DNA from: Phaeosaccion multiseriatum
Taxonomy: Eukaryota; Protista; Ochrophyta, other classes
DNA length: 64,000 bases
Assembly: GCA_965112735.1 (NCBI GenBank)
Contig: OZ218959.1
Location: 2,480,001 to 2,544,000 of the forward strand
Direction of reading: 5' to 3'
The notes below the pieces were generated by a model. The model saw only the letters and a program-made list of their open reading frames with translations, had not been told where the DNA came from and ran no database searches. A program made the translations under genes and the position numbers. Below are positions 10,428 through 23,800 of this stretch, piece by piece; the first letter of the stretch is position 1; each line of letters starts with the position of its first letter.

Positions 10428-12537
10428 TACTACGAAGTACATACGTAGACACATATTTGGAAACATACGCAGACACGTATGTAGACACATACGTACATAC
10501 GTAGACAGACACACATATAGACATGCACGTTGATACATCACGTCCGACACGCCTGGTTACCCATGCTGAATGCCCATTCTCGACCACATACCTGGTTATC
10601 CATTCTTGACTCATGAGGCCGAAGTTTCTCCGGACCGTGGTGCGAAACTCAGCGGGGTCCATGTACGACTTCTCGCCTGGGGTGGGGGTGGAGCAACAGG
10701 TTAGTCAGTCAGATGCTCAGTCAATCAGCCAGTCCGTTGTTCAGTCAGTCAGTCAGTCAGTCAGTTAGTCAGTTAGTCAGTTAGTTAGTTAGTTAGTTAG
10801 TTAGTCAGTCAGTTTTTATGAGTCAATCAGTAAGTTAATCAGTCAGTTAGTCAGCCGGTCGATCCGTGAAGTCAATCAGTCAGTCAGTCAGTCCGTCCGT
10901 CCGTCCGTGCGTCAGTCAGTCAGTCAATCGGTCAGTTAAGTCAGTCAAGCAGTCAGGAGAGGCCCGGAGGCGCGGAGGCGGGATGAGTATGAGGAGGGGG
11001 TCTTCCACCCTTTCGCCCTTTCGTGCTTCGCGCCAGTGCACTGTCGGCCGCACAAAGATATCCCCTACCGACCTGGCCCTTTAGAGACTTAGGGTCGATT
11101 GGTTGCCCTGTCTGTCAGTCAGTCAGTCAGTCAGTCAGTCAGTCAGTCAGTCAGTCAGTCAGTCAGTCAGTCAGTCAGTCAGTCAGTCAGTCAGTCAGTC
11201 AGTCAGTCAGTCAGTCAGTCAGTCAGTCAGTCAGTCAGTCAGTCTGTCTGTCTGTCTGTCTGTCTGTATAATCCTTCCTCCCTCCCTCCCTTTCCCACCC
11301 ACCTGCGATGCTCATGAACACCTGGAACAGGTCTTCCAGCTCCGCCGGGGAGAAGTTTGTCTACGACCGAGAAGAGAGAGGGACGGGCGGGGAAGGGCAG
11401 GGCAGAGGGCAAGGGCAGCACCAGCACAGGCCATTGGAAGTGGAGGGGGGGGGCAAGGAATCAAAGGTGGGAATCAAGCAAGCGAAGCCAAGCCAGGCCG
11501 CGAGAATCGAGCAAGTAGGTAGTAGGCGCTGGTGATTCCCCCGAGTAGCAGGCCGGGAGGCAGCCAACAGAGTCAAGGTCCAGAGAGACCACTCGGCCCG
11601 CGCCTCCCCCCTCCCCCTCCCGGGATGATCGACACGGGAGTCAGTCTCCAAGTTAGACGGGGGGACAGACAGCATTGTGGCTCTACAAGACTGTCTGCAC
11701 ATACGGACGGAGGAAATGGGCGCTAAGGACGGAGGAGATGGGCGCTGAGGCGGTTGTTATACACCCAACCCCATCCAACATCCCGACTGCATGCGGTGGT
11801 CAGCAGACAAGGCCTCTTGTCCCCCTCACTCACTCACTCACCCGCAGGCTCATATCTGCGACCACCTCATCCCAGTTATCTGGCAGCGGGTGGTGCGTCT
11901 TCTCCTCCCCTCCCCCACGAGGCTCTGTACTGCCTTCTTTCTCTTGTCCTCCGCCATCAGCGGCGCTCCCTCCCTCCGCCCCTGCTGCTGACTCCCCGCC
12001 TCCTCCTGCTGCTGCTACTGGTGGAGGAGGGGCTCGTCCGTCCACCCCTTGCTGGGAGCTTGCTTTGAAGTCGTTCTTTGCCCTTCCCAACAAGCTGTTC
12101 TTCCCTCTCACCGACCCGATGCTGGCGGTGGGTGCGAGGCTTTTCAACAGCCCTCCAGTGCTGCGGTGATTCTTCGTGCTGGTGCTGGCGCTGCTGCTCC
12201 GGCCACTGCTGGGAGAACCTCTCTTCCTGCTGGCCTGGGAGTTGCCGCTGTCCGTTGTGCCAAAGCGCCTACTGCTGCAGGACTGGGTAGGTTGTGGCGG
12301 TGCGTGCCTGCCGCCATAAATGAAGCTGGTGGTGGCTCTTCTGGGCCCGTCCTGCTCTGCGTCAACGGCCCCCCTACGCGAGCTGCTCGCTGCTTCTAGG
12401 AGAAGGCTGCGCGGAGTGTGCGCACGTCTGTAGATGACGGGGGCGCTCCCTGGTGGTGGTACTGGTGCGGCGGCAGCACCAGCTGCTGCTGCTGTTTTTC
12501 TGGCATTCGTCCACACGTGGCGAAAGGTGGGCTTCAT
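6525..12537 (-). CDS. NADK: NAD(+) kinase with an N-terminal NCS/CBL-like EF-hand pair (11 exons)
   Basis: Exons 12537-11842, 11360-11303, 10676-10592, 9897-9828, 9410-9242, 8872-8772, 8617-8392, 7987-7891, 7618-7387, 7053-6854 and 6540-6525 splice in frame. NADK motifs: VDFIITLGGDGT, SMGSLGFL, CLNE, GDGLIVATPSGSTAY, PIAPHSLSFRP, LHWN. EF loop DRNHSGTIDFPE. The start codon may lie further upstream. Confidence 0.93.
10690..11265. repeat. (CAGT)n / (TAGT)n tetranucleotide arrays in an NADK intron
   Basis: Directly visible tandem arrays. Confidence 0.85.
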
Positions 12538-13970
12538 TGTGAGGGTTAAATTTCGGAGGGCCAAAGGCCTTCCGCTTTGTAGCTGAAGCTCTCTATGCTG
12601 CTGGCGCTGCGTGGGGCTCTCCTCGCAGGTGGTCTACGAAGGGGCTGGTGTCTTCGCAAGATATGTAACAACAAGCGAAACGCTGCCGGGCGTGGAGAAG
12701 TTTTATTGACATATGTATATATTCCCCATCCCCCCTCCCTCGACCCCTCGACCCCTAGAAAAACGCGGAGGAGGGAAAGTTGCCCGCGCGGGAGATGTGC
12801 CAGTCGCTCAGTCAGTCAGTCAGTCAGTCAGTCAGTCATAGTTTAGTGAATGACTTCGTCACTCAATCACTAGTCAGCCAGCCAGTCAGTCATCGACAGT
12901 CAGTCAGTCAGTCAGCCAGCCAGTCAGACAGTGTGACAGGCAGGGTCATGCCCCACACTAGCCTCTCTACGGAGATAGAGATCAATGCCGTACCTGCACG
13001 GGTTGTGGGAAAGCGTCTTAGCTACATAGAGTCGGGGGGGACCAAAGGTGTCAAAGTGAATTACGATATCCGTTTTTTTTTCTTTTCTTTTTCTCCTCCT
13101 TCCATATAATATTTCAGAGTGCATCAGCACCGCTGCTCCATCAGCCTACCTTCAGGTCAAGGGAGGCTCCCAGGGGCTTGCGGGCCCACTATCGCCCTAC
13201 ATTGTATATATCCCCGATCCTCTCCGCCTCTCCGAACGACAAAAAACGATTCTGTTAGGCGGGGAAAGAGCCTGTGAAATTATTCCTTTTTTTATGCTTA
13301 TAGACGGCAGCAAGGGCACGAGCAGCAACGACGCCATGCCGCTCTTGCTCTGCTAGACACACACACAAGTAGGCAGCATCCTTTCAGCAGCACCGTGCTG
13401 CCCTCTCTTCTGCATTCCATCGAGCAGAATGTCCAAGGAGCCTGGGACGCTTCCTGCATCCCCCGGGGGGTCGCGCTACCCCCCCCCCCCTTACATCCGC
13501 AAAACCACATTTTACTCAGCGTCTTCTCAACTCAACGCATTCCTCGTTTCTGGGTTCCTCTTCCATTCCACGCATGCTCCCTTAAGAGAGAGAGAGAGAG
13601 GTTCAAAGAGGAGATTGAGGTTGGTCAGGGGAGGATACCTCAGGTAGAGAGAGAGGGGCGGTGCGGAGGGGCGAGAGGAGAGGTGGTTCGCGTGGCGGCG
13701 TGGGACACGACCGATTTTTAGGTTCTGCGGGCAAACAGTCCACCGTCAAATCGTGGACCATAATTTTTCTACAGCGGGAGGAGCGCCCCAGGTTGACGCT
13801 CAGCAGCGACACCAGGAGCATCCAGGAGTCTCCATCATAGGTCCGTCCAACCAGCTCCATCCTCGCTCCAGCAGGGCGGATCTGGAGAGGCTCCCCGCAC
13901 GGAGAAACGAGAGGAAGAGAACGAAGAGGTCGAGGGTCGCTTGGAGACGCTCTGCGTAGGTGGGCAAGTT

Positions 13971-14519
13971 ATGGCTATAGAAGCTCTTCGGACCATGCCC
14001 GTGCCCTCTCCGGACTTCTTGAGCAGTGGTGGCAGCAGTAGAAGGGGGGGGGCGGGTGTAGAGTCCAGAGTCCCGGACACGGAAATGAGGGCAAGTGAGG
14101 CACGTGGGACCGGGGCTGCCGCTGAGCCCGTCTTGGTGAGGGCTGACGGCCGACGGGATGATCGGGATGAAGGGCCTCATCACAGCGGCACTTCTAGTGG
14201 GGATGCTGCTAGCAACGGCGCTCGACGCCAAGAGAAGGAGAAGCAGGAGGAGGAGGAGCAGGCGGAGGAGAAGGCGGAGGAACAGGAGCAGGAAGAAGAG
14301 GGGCAAGAGGAGGAGGGGAGGCAGGGGCAGGGGGCTAGACAATTGGGACCCAGCAGTCCTCGCGGAGGGCCCCGGGGAGAAGGCGCGGGGGGCGTAAAGA
14401 GGGACAGGAGCGGCACGAGCGGCAGCAGCACCAGAGCCGCCGGTGGTGCTGGAACCACCACCAGCAGCAGCAATGGAGCATTCCGCCCTCCTGCCCCGGA
14501 CCAGCTGCTGCACGAGATT

Positions 14520-14587
<68 letters not shown>

Positions 14588-14701
14588 GCAGCAGCAGGAC
14601 GAGCGCATGCACGAGGGAGGACACGCGTACTCGTCCCCTGACGCCCACGGGGACCACCTGTACGAGGAAACGCACCGGCAGTACCGCGAATCTCCCGACG
14701 T

Positions 14702-14735
<34 letters not shown>

Positions 14736-14755
14736 CAGGGGGAGATTCCACAGCC

Positions 14756-14795
<40 letters not shown>

Positions 14796-15910
14796 GCACA
14801 CGCCCGGCGAGCAGGAGGTATTGGCAGCGGCGGCAGCAGCAACAGCAGCAGAGGCAGCAGCAGCAGGGGGCGGGGCATTGGGGGAGGAGTCCGTGGTAGT
14901 GTCGGTCATCACCCTCCCCCCCCTCATGACAATATTCGTCAACACCCTCATCAGCATCATCATCAGCATCATCATCTCCCACGGGGGGCACCCGCAGGGC
15001 AACCCCCCCTGGATGCGTACGACCACCGGCCACCCGCCCATCAGGGAGGGGGCTCCTTTCTCGTGAAGCAAGAGGAGGAGGAAGTTCGCAGTGCGTCTGC
15101 TGGGGCTGGGGCGCTTCCTCCTGCGAGTGCGCTGCTCAACAGCAGTTCTGCAGTGCTGTCCGGCAACCGCATCACTCTCCACCCCACCTCTTCCACCTCT
15201 TCCCTGTCTCCCACCCTTCCTTCCTACGACGGCATGAGATACCAATCTCGCCGCCCGCCCTCTCCCCCCTCCGACACACGCAGCATGTACAACTACCCTG
15301 CACCACCTGTGACCTACACCTACCCCGGCCGCCTCTCCCACCCATCCGTCGCACCACACCACCCCGTCAGCACCAGCACCACCGGCAATCCGACCACCAC
15401 CACCACCACCACCACCACCACCACCCGCACCAACCTACACCACGAGTCAACGCACCCCTCCTACCCACTACCGGTCCCACACGAACCACCCCCCACAATG
15501 AGGCGCCCGCCGTTCCAACCACCATCATCATCGCCTCCTCCACCTCCACCCTCACCGACGTCATCATCCTCATCATCGTTGATGCATCGAGGAGTGCGGG
15601 AGGATCACCGGCGCCGAGACTCGCCTCCACCGGCCAAGAGGAGCAATGTCCCTTACGTGAAGCCTGACGTCTCGTCACACCGCTTTGGCGACGGCCCCGT
15701 AGATCACCACCACTACCCGCCCCTGCCTCAGCGGCAGCACCAGGGAGCTTCCCCGCCTCCTCCAGGTTCGGGATCGGGGGGCAGGCGTCAGTCGGGCAGC
15801 AGTGGAAGCATCGGCGGCAGCAGGCAGGGCGGTGGTGGCGGTGATGGGAGAGATGTGGCGTACCCCAAACTCAGTAGAAGGGATGAGAGAGGAGGCAGGA
15901 GCGGGAAAGA

Positions 15911-15945
<35 letters not shown>

Positions 15946-18900
15946 AAGGTGACAGAGGAGACCTTCACCCACATCATCAGCAGTGGCCCCCTCCCCCGAG
16001 AGGCGGGGGAGGGCATTCGGGAGAGTATGCTGCTGCCCACTACCCAAACTCGAGTGGCGGCGGGCGACGAGGTGCAGAGTACGAGCAAGGGCACCAACCC
16101 CCACGACCACCACTACACGCAACAGCAGCAACAGCAGCAGCAGCTACCTCCACATTCCCGCCCCACCACGCTCCTTACGACAGTCGTATGGCGGGGCAGC
16201 ACAACGGCAGCAACGGCACTAGCAGCAGCAGCCGAGAGGACCGTGGGGGACGTGGAGGAGGGCAAGGACGGCAAGGAGGGCACCCCCCTCCCACTTACGA
16301 CTACGCTGCTTCCGCGGCTGCTTCCGCGGCGGCTGCGACGGGGCCTCGCGCTGGCTCTCCTCCTCCGCCGTCGTCGGCACACAGCGCAGTGGGTGGCGGT
16401 GGCGGGCAGCAGCGCCTCAGGGGGGAGGGCGGCGGCAGCGGCGGCGGCGGCGGCAGCAGCAGCAGCAGCAGCAGCAGTAGCGGATATCCAGCCATCCCAC
16501 CACCAGCAGGGGGGCGGGGCAGTCCACCACCCTACGGTCGCCACGGCCCGTCTTCTGCGCTAGCCCAGGGGGGCAGCAAAAGCAGCAGCAGCAGCAGCAG
16601 CAGTAGCAGGGGGGGGGCAGGAGGCTACACGGCAGGGGCCAGCAGTAGCAGTAGCAGTAGCAGCATGGGTGGGAGGGACTCACGACCCGATGCACGCGTG
16701 GGACTTTCCCCTCCTCCTCCTCAGCAGTTGGTGCTACAGCAGCAGCACAAGCAGGCGCCGAAGGGCAGCGGCGGCAGTAAGCGAAAGCACCCTGACAGCA
16801 CCGGCAATGGCAATGGTAGGGGCAGTGGCGCTGAGGGTGGGAGTGGCAGTGGGAGGAGCGTTTCCATTGCGACCCAGGGCTATGGCAACGGGGAGGGAAA
16901 CATGGAGCGGGGAGGCGACAGTAAAGGCTCCGCTGCGAGGGGGGTTGGTGCTTCCGTGCCAACGCCTCATCGCGTTGCGCTGCCTGGCGTTTCGAGTGCA
17001 GGCAGTGGCCAAGGTCTGCCTGGGCTGCAGCAGCAGCGGCGGCGGCGAAAGGGCGAGGAGGGAGAGGAGGGAGAGGAGGAGAGAGGGAGGGAGGGGGAAG
17101 TGGATGTACAACCCCCACGTCGAACGGTCAATAGTGGCGTGCGCGTGGGCGGTGTCGCAGGCAGTGAGCATGGCCGCGTCATCGGCAGCGGCGTTCTCCC
17201 AGGGGTCGGGGGAGCCTCGATCACGCGCAGAGGAGCAGGCGGCAGTCCAGTAGGTGGTGGAGGAGGAGCAGCAGCAGCAGGAGGAGGAGGAGGAGGAGGA
17301 GGAGTAGCCGTCGCCACCAGGAGGAAGGGCCGCTTTCCGCAGGAGTTGTGCGCTTTTCTCCGCAAGTTGCAGAGCATTCTGGAGCAGGAGGATGCAGCCA
17401 TCATACAGTGGAACTCCGTCGATGGTGAGTGAGTGAGTAAATGGAGGGAGTGCGTGAGCGAGCGAGTGAGTGAGTGAGTGCATGTGCAAGGATGTAGACG
17501 GGGAGGCCCCAAGGGAGGTTTTTGTTGCCGGTTTTTTTGTTGACTGCCATCTTCCCCCCCCCTCACCACCACCACCGCCCCCAGAGTGTTTCTTCCTTTC
17601 GCGACCAACCTTGTTTCAACTACAACTCTGTTGTTGTTGTCCCTCCCGTGCTTGTTCGTTGGCTCTGGCATGTGCGCCTCCTTACACACCCACCCATCAC
17701 CTGCACCTGTACCGACCGCCGCTAATGTAACTGCTTGTCCTCGTGCCTCCTCCGTGTCTTCTGTTGCCTTCCCCCCTGGCGCCCCTTGCCCCCTTGCCCC
17801 TCTCTGCTGTCCTTCTCTGGGCTGGACTGTGGGCTCCTCTTGTGGTTGTGGACTCACAGGCTGCATCGTGGTGCACCAACCACACCGCCTGCAGGCGGAA
17901 GTGTTGGGCCTGTACTTTTCGCACAGCAAGTACAGCTCCTTCCTGCGCCAACTCAACTACTTTGGCTTCAAAAAGACGGAAGGGAAGGGCATGTACAGCC
18001 CGGGACAGTTTGTCAACGCGCAAGTGCTCGCCCAGATGGGATCGTGTAGGTGAGGGAGGGAGGGAGGGAGGGAGAGGGAGGGGGACACAGAGAGGAGAGA
18101 GAGAAGGAGGCGGAGATGAACCAGGAGGGAGAGGGAGGCGGAGAGAAGGCGTCCGAGGGAGGCTGGGAAGTGCCAAGTCTCATCGGAGGATAAGAGTGGA
18201 TGAGCAGGGAGGGAGGAGAGCTCATGACGGACGAATGAACTTGACTAGAGAAACGGGTGCACACAACAACACACACACACAACACACACACACACACACA
18301 AAGACACAAGTCGTCTCGTTTCGCTCCTTCCCTCTACACCACCATATCCATCTCCTGATCCCGAAACCTCTCCCCTCCCACCCGACACCTCCCCTCACGC
18401 CCTCAACCCCTCTGTTCACCCCCAACAAACAACAGGTCGTACGATTTACACGAGGTGATGCGGCTGGTGAAGCGGAGGAAGTGCAAGCGGAAGGACGGCA
18501 ATCAGAATCAGAATCAGAATCAGACTGTGACTGCTGTGAGTCTCCCGCCCCCGCCTGGGCACGCCCCTATACTCAGCAAGGTGAAGTCCAACACGAGCAG
18601 CACTTCCACAGATGGCACGAGCAGCAGCAGCCCCGGCGCCGTGACCCACGCTGGGGTGGTGCATCAGGGACTGGATCTCAACACACCAGACCATCCGCAG
18701 CTCCAGCATCAGTATCAGCAGCAGGACCACCACCTGCAGCCGCCCCACCCACAGCAGTTGGCGGTACAGAAGCAGCAGCAGCAGACGCAGCAGCAGCAGC
18801 AGCAGCAGACGCAGGCGCAGACGCAGGCGCAGGCGCAGACGCAGCAGCAGCAGCAGTTGGTGGTACAGCAGCTGCAAAGGGAGGTGGAGGAGCTCCGCCA

Positions 18901-19774
18901 CAACCAAAAACTCCACCAACAGCAACAGCAGCAGCAACAGCGGCGGCAGCAGCAGCACCACCAGCAGCAGCAGCACCATCACCACCAGTTTATGATGCAG
19001 CAGCAGCACCAGCACTCACGGTCGGGGGGACCCCCGATGCACGACTACCGCGAGCCTGGCCACCCCCACCATATGGACAGCTACGCTCCCTACCCCGGTC
19101 ACGGTCACCATCCGGACTACCCGCCCCCTCCCTTCCATGCTCCTACTGTGCTGGGGGGGCGTGACGGTTACGGTCCTCCTCCTCACAATAGAAATGGCAG
19201 CAGCAACCATCAACACCCGCACCCACACCCACACCAACACCATCTGCAACAACTCCGGCACCCGGGTATTCCTCTCCCTCACCCCAGCCACCCCCACTCA
19301 GGCTACGAGAGACCCCGCCTCAACCCCACTGTTGAGCGGTGGAGCGCGCCCTCGCACCCACCACCGCCGGCGGTGCGTACCCACAGCCCCTCCAGGAATG
19401 GGAACGGGAATGGGCACGAGGAGGACGAGGACGAGGATGAGGAGGTGCTGGTGGTTGATGATTCGGTGCTCGAGCGTAGCGGCAACCACAGCAACGCCAA
19501 AAGCGCATTGGGTGGTGGTGGCGGGCGGAGTGGTAAGGGGAGTCAACGGGCTGGGAATGGTAGTGGGGGTGGACGTGGAGGTGGGTGGAGCAGAGGGAGC
19601 CCCACCAGTAGAAGTGGCCGGAGTCGGGGCGAGGAGGGGGAGGGGGAAGATGGACGCGGCGACAGCCCCTCTTCGGACCGGAGCAACAACAACAGCAACA
19701 CCAGCCCCCAGCAGAGCCCGCTGAATCCAAACGCCGCGAAGCTCGCCGCGGAGGCGTTGCTCATGCTCTCCTGA
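13971..19774 (+). CDS. HSF-type DNA-binding-domain transcription factor, about 1660 aa, with poly-Q/His/Gly/Ser tracts
   Basis: Exons 13971-17424, 17860-18049 and 18436-19774 join in frame. HSF domain: FLRKLQSILEQEDAAIIQWNSVDGCIVVHQP...YFSHSKYSSFLRQLNYFGFKK...VKRRK. Confidence 0.88.
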
Positions 19775-20641
19775 GGAGAGGGAGGGAGGGAGGGAGGGAG
19801 GCAGTGGGTGTATGCATGCTGCGAGGCAGAGAGATGGGACGGGCAAGGGAGGGAGGGGGGGGGGGGGGTCCGCCTTTGGATGGGGGACGTTTTGTTGCTA
19901 TTCGCGCTTCTTGCTTCTTCTTCTCCTCGGGCAGAGCAGGAGAGGCGGAGAGCAAAAGGGGAGGAAGGCGGCAGAGAGGGTAAGGGGAGGAGCGTTGGGA
20001 TGTAGCGGGCCAATCGAGGAGGAGGAGGAGGGAGCAGGTAGCATTTGTTAAGCAGGTGTGCGACCATTCATATGTACATACGAGGGAGAGAGAGAGACGT
20101 GAGGAAGGTGGGGTAGAAGACGTTAATGTCAGCCAAAATTTTACCTCCGTTGAGCTGAAAAAGATAAATGTGTAAGACCACTCGGGGACGAGAACACGGT
20201 TCTGTCATATATTTTCTGCTACTGCTCCTGGCAACTCTTTTTTTCTCATCTTCTGGCCTTCCTGGTGCAGTAGCCCGGACCACAAGGGCACGCCTTGACG
20301 TATTGCGCCCGCCACGCCACCTTGTACTCGCTCTTGGGCCGCTCCATTCATTCCCCACCACAAGAATGTGGGTCTACTCCTCTCCCTTCTTTTGTCGTGG
20401 TGGTCGGTATGGAGGCCGTGGGTGCCCCACCCAAAGGGCTTCCTCTGTCTCTCTGACGTACTTCTATTAGAAGCCCTCCCCTGGCTGAAAAGTGCCTCCT
20501 CCCCTCCACAGGCCTCAGGTAGCGGGGAGGGCTTGGTGTGGCATATGCGGCGGATAGAGAGCGTCTAGGGGGTGGAGAGGGGAAGGGGGGGGTCGTGAAT
20601 TTCATTTCGCAGCCAACTCCTTCGCCCGGAAGACTTGCTGC

Positions 20642-20776
<135 letters not shown>

Positions 20777-21219
20777 CATTGCCAACTGCTGTTGCTCCTC
20801 CCGCTGCTGTCCTTGGCTGCTCCGCGAAGCCCCACATATCTGTATATAATATACATTATAACATACGTATATTATATATACGTATCGCCCCCGCTCTCCC
20901 CTTCCAAACCAAAACAACTCTCGGGTTGCGCCTTCAGCCGAGAGTGACGCCTTACACCGGCGGCTTCTCTGCTGCCCTCTGCCCACGCCCACATACAGCA
21001 CAGCGTTGGACACTCAGCCGACAGAACGACCCCTGCAAGAAGAAGAAATGATGGAGGCCAGCCTCACCTCTCACTGCTCCAGCATCTTCTCTCTGGTGCG
21101 GTAGGTTGGTTGGGCAGTCAGTCCGTCAGTCCGTCAGTCTCCATTAGTCAGTCACTCCGTCAATCAGCCAGCCGGTCAGTCAGTACGTAAGTACGTAAGT
21201 ACGCCCGTCCGTCCGTCCG

Positions 21220-22710
21220 TCAGCAGCGCTCCAGCACGAAGATGGACTCCTCCTCCTTGGGCGCCCCCTCCCTCCTCCCGTAGAGCACTCGAAACTTGTC
21301 GTCCATGTATGTCATTTCCCAAATACGACGGTCCATTGAGCGGTCAAAAATCTGTTGTTTCGTGGGCACGCATGTCATTTGTTTGCGTTGGTGGTTGGTT
21401 TGGTTCTGTGGGGGCGTGTGTGTTTTGTTGTTGTGTTGTTGTTGGGTGTCGGCATGAACATGAATTGCACAGACACCACAAAGGAACAGGCGCCATGCAT
21501 ACATCTTCCAACCTTACCTTGCGCTGGAACTCGACGCCGTTGAACTGTGGAAAATGCGGGGCGGTCGTAGTAGTAGCAGTAGTTGCAGTAGTTGCAGCCA
21601 CCGCAGTAGCAGTTGGTGACAATACAGCAGTAGTAGTAGCGCCAAGACCGAACATCACACGAGGGCGATGTAGGGAACAGCACCAAAAGAGCGGAGCGGG
21701 GTGGGTGGGACGGAGGAGGCAAGCGGACAGGCGACCAAGTAGACAACGTGCTAGACTGGTAGGCAGTTGGCGACAATCCTCCCCCTCCCCCCCCCCCCCT
21801 GCCGCTGCTCATCCCTCCTGCGTGCGCGCTGTCTCTCTCCCTCTCTCTCTCTATCCGTCTCCCTCGAGGCGGAGGAAGCTTTGTGCTCTTCCAACCTTCC
21901 TTCCTTCCTTCCTTCCTTCCTTCCTTCTTCTCTCTCACCATGGCCGTCTTCACCCGCCCCGTCGACTATATACTACCCATCCCACATAGCACCTCCTCCC
22001 TCCCTCCTCCCTCCCTCCGCACCACTACTCCACTCCCCACTTGCCTTGTTGTAGACGAAGTCGAATTGTATGGCCCAATTTCGGTCATCCACTACCTCCA
22101 CATCAGCCTCCAGCGCGCCGCGCACCGCCCAAGAGGGGCCCAGCTCCAGCTCATTGAAAACTGGTGTAAGGGATGGGAAGACAAAACCAGTGCACACACA
22201 TATACATATAGCACGAGTGAGAAACAGATGGCAAGAGCATGACCACAAGAGTAGCCACAAAGCGGCAGCACTGTGTGGATCATTTCTCCCCCATGCCCCT
22301 CTGGCTGAGCATCTGTCGTTCTGTCTATCTTACTTCTGTCGCTTCGAATGCTTTGGAACACATCCGCCACGAAAGGCCCGATGCGCCCTGTGAGAGAAGC
22401 GAGCGAGACATGGTTAGATGGTGCGGGGATTGGGTGCAGTGAGTGAGAAACACATATCGATGAGAAGGCAAGTCGTCGCGACCGCGAGTGCGTCATAGCG
22501 CCGTTTGTCTAACTCTGTGTGCTTGTGCTTCTGTGCGTGAGTGAATAAGTGGTTGAGTGATGGGAGGAGGGAGGCTACGCCCCTTTCTTCGCCTCTTACC
22601 GCTGCTTGGGCCCGGCACTGTGGAGTAAAGCAATCTCCACCTCCCAAAAATGAGCGGGGACCTGGCAGGCTTGGGGGTTGGATTCAACTGCGCCAACAAG
22701 GGGAGTATAT

Positions 22711-22760
<50 letters not shown>

Positions 22761-23120
22761 CGTCAGACGTCGAGCAGAGCATGTCACACCGAGGAACAGA
22801 CATCTCCCCGTATCTGACTATAGATAGCCCTTTACCTTATTGAGCTGATTGGCCACCTCCTCGATCTCCGCCTTTTGCGCCGCCGATGCCTTGACTCCAT
22901 TGTCTGTACCTACACAAAGGGCCTTCAGCTGCTCCTTCAGATCCGTGGCTGCTGCTGTGCGAGGTACTGCCTTCGAACCAGAGAACCAGCCTTCCAGTGC
23001 GGTCCTGCCTCTCCTGTTGGCGGTGGTGGCAGGCGTCAGAGAGAAGGCACAACACGCAGGGAGGAGGAGGAGGAGAAGGATTGCATAGAGAAGCAGGGGC
23101 GATGTTGCAAGCGCCATCAT
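21220..23120 (-). CDS. PAP/fibrillin family plastid lipid-associated protein with bipartite targeting presequence
   Basis: Signal peptide ending ACCA-F. Spliced motifs: LKEQLKALCVGTDNG...AEIEEV, LNPTPKPARSPLIFGRWRLLYST, GRIGPFVADVFQ, WEMTYMDDKFRVL...FVLERC. Confidence 0.85.
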
Positions 23121-23609
23121 TCTCAGGGGGAAAGGAGAGGGGAGGGGAAAGGAGAGGAGGAGAAAAAAAAGGATTGGTAGTACGCGCCGTCGCCAGGAAA
23201 AGATGTCGAAACGTCAAAGTCAAATTCAAATTGGAAACCTGGGAAAAACCGGGAAAACAAATGAATATTTTTACTTTAAGTACCCTTGCGAGGAGACACC
23301 ATTGCGAATGGCGGACTCTACAAAAATATCTTGACGCACGCACACACACCATGCTTTCACAGAAGGCAAAGCGAGAAAGGAAGAGAACTAAGGGGGGGGA
23401 TGGACTCCAAGATTTGTGACCCCATCCCCTCATCACCCACCCCCTCACCTTCGCCCCTTACCCTCGGTCGATCACCCCTCCCTCCCTTGCCCCGCTCTCT
23501 GTCTCCAATTCCTCTATTTTACCCCTCCATACGCTCTGCTTATGGCCGGCCAGCCAGCCTACCGGTTTCCAGCTTAGCTACGGGGAGAGAGAGAGATCGA
23601 GGTCGACGT

Positions 23610-23800
23610 GAGGTGCGTGAGGTCGACGTTCATCGAAAATTGACAATACTCCCCGTGAGGTGCGTGAGGTCGACGTTCATCGAAAATTGACAATACTCCC
23701 CGTGAGGTGCGTGAGGTCGACGTTCATCGAAAATTGACAATACTCCCCGTGAGGTGCGTGAGGTCGACGTTCATCGAAAATGGACAATACATACTCCCCG
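23610..23800. repeat. 47-bp minisatellite, about 4 copies
   Basis: Unit GAGGTGCGTGAGGTCGACGTTCATCGAAAATTGACAATACTCCCCGT starts at 23610, 23657, 23704 and 23751. Confidence 0.95.

Noticed and set aside
13800-19846. Long antisense ORFs over the HSF gene
   Set aside because: Shadow ORFs from GC-rich triplet-repeat coding sequence.
23610-23800. CRISPR-like array
   Set aside because: The units are head-to-tail with no unique spacers, the context is eukaryotic and there are no cas genes.
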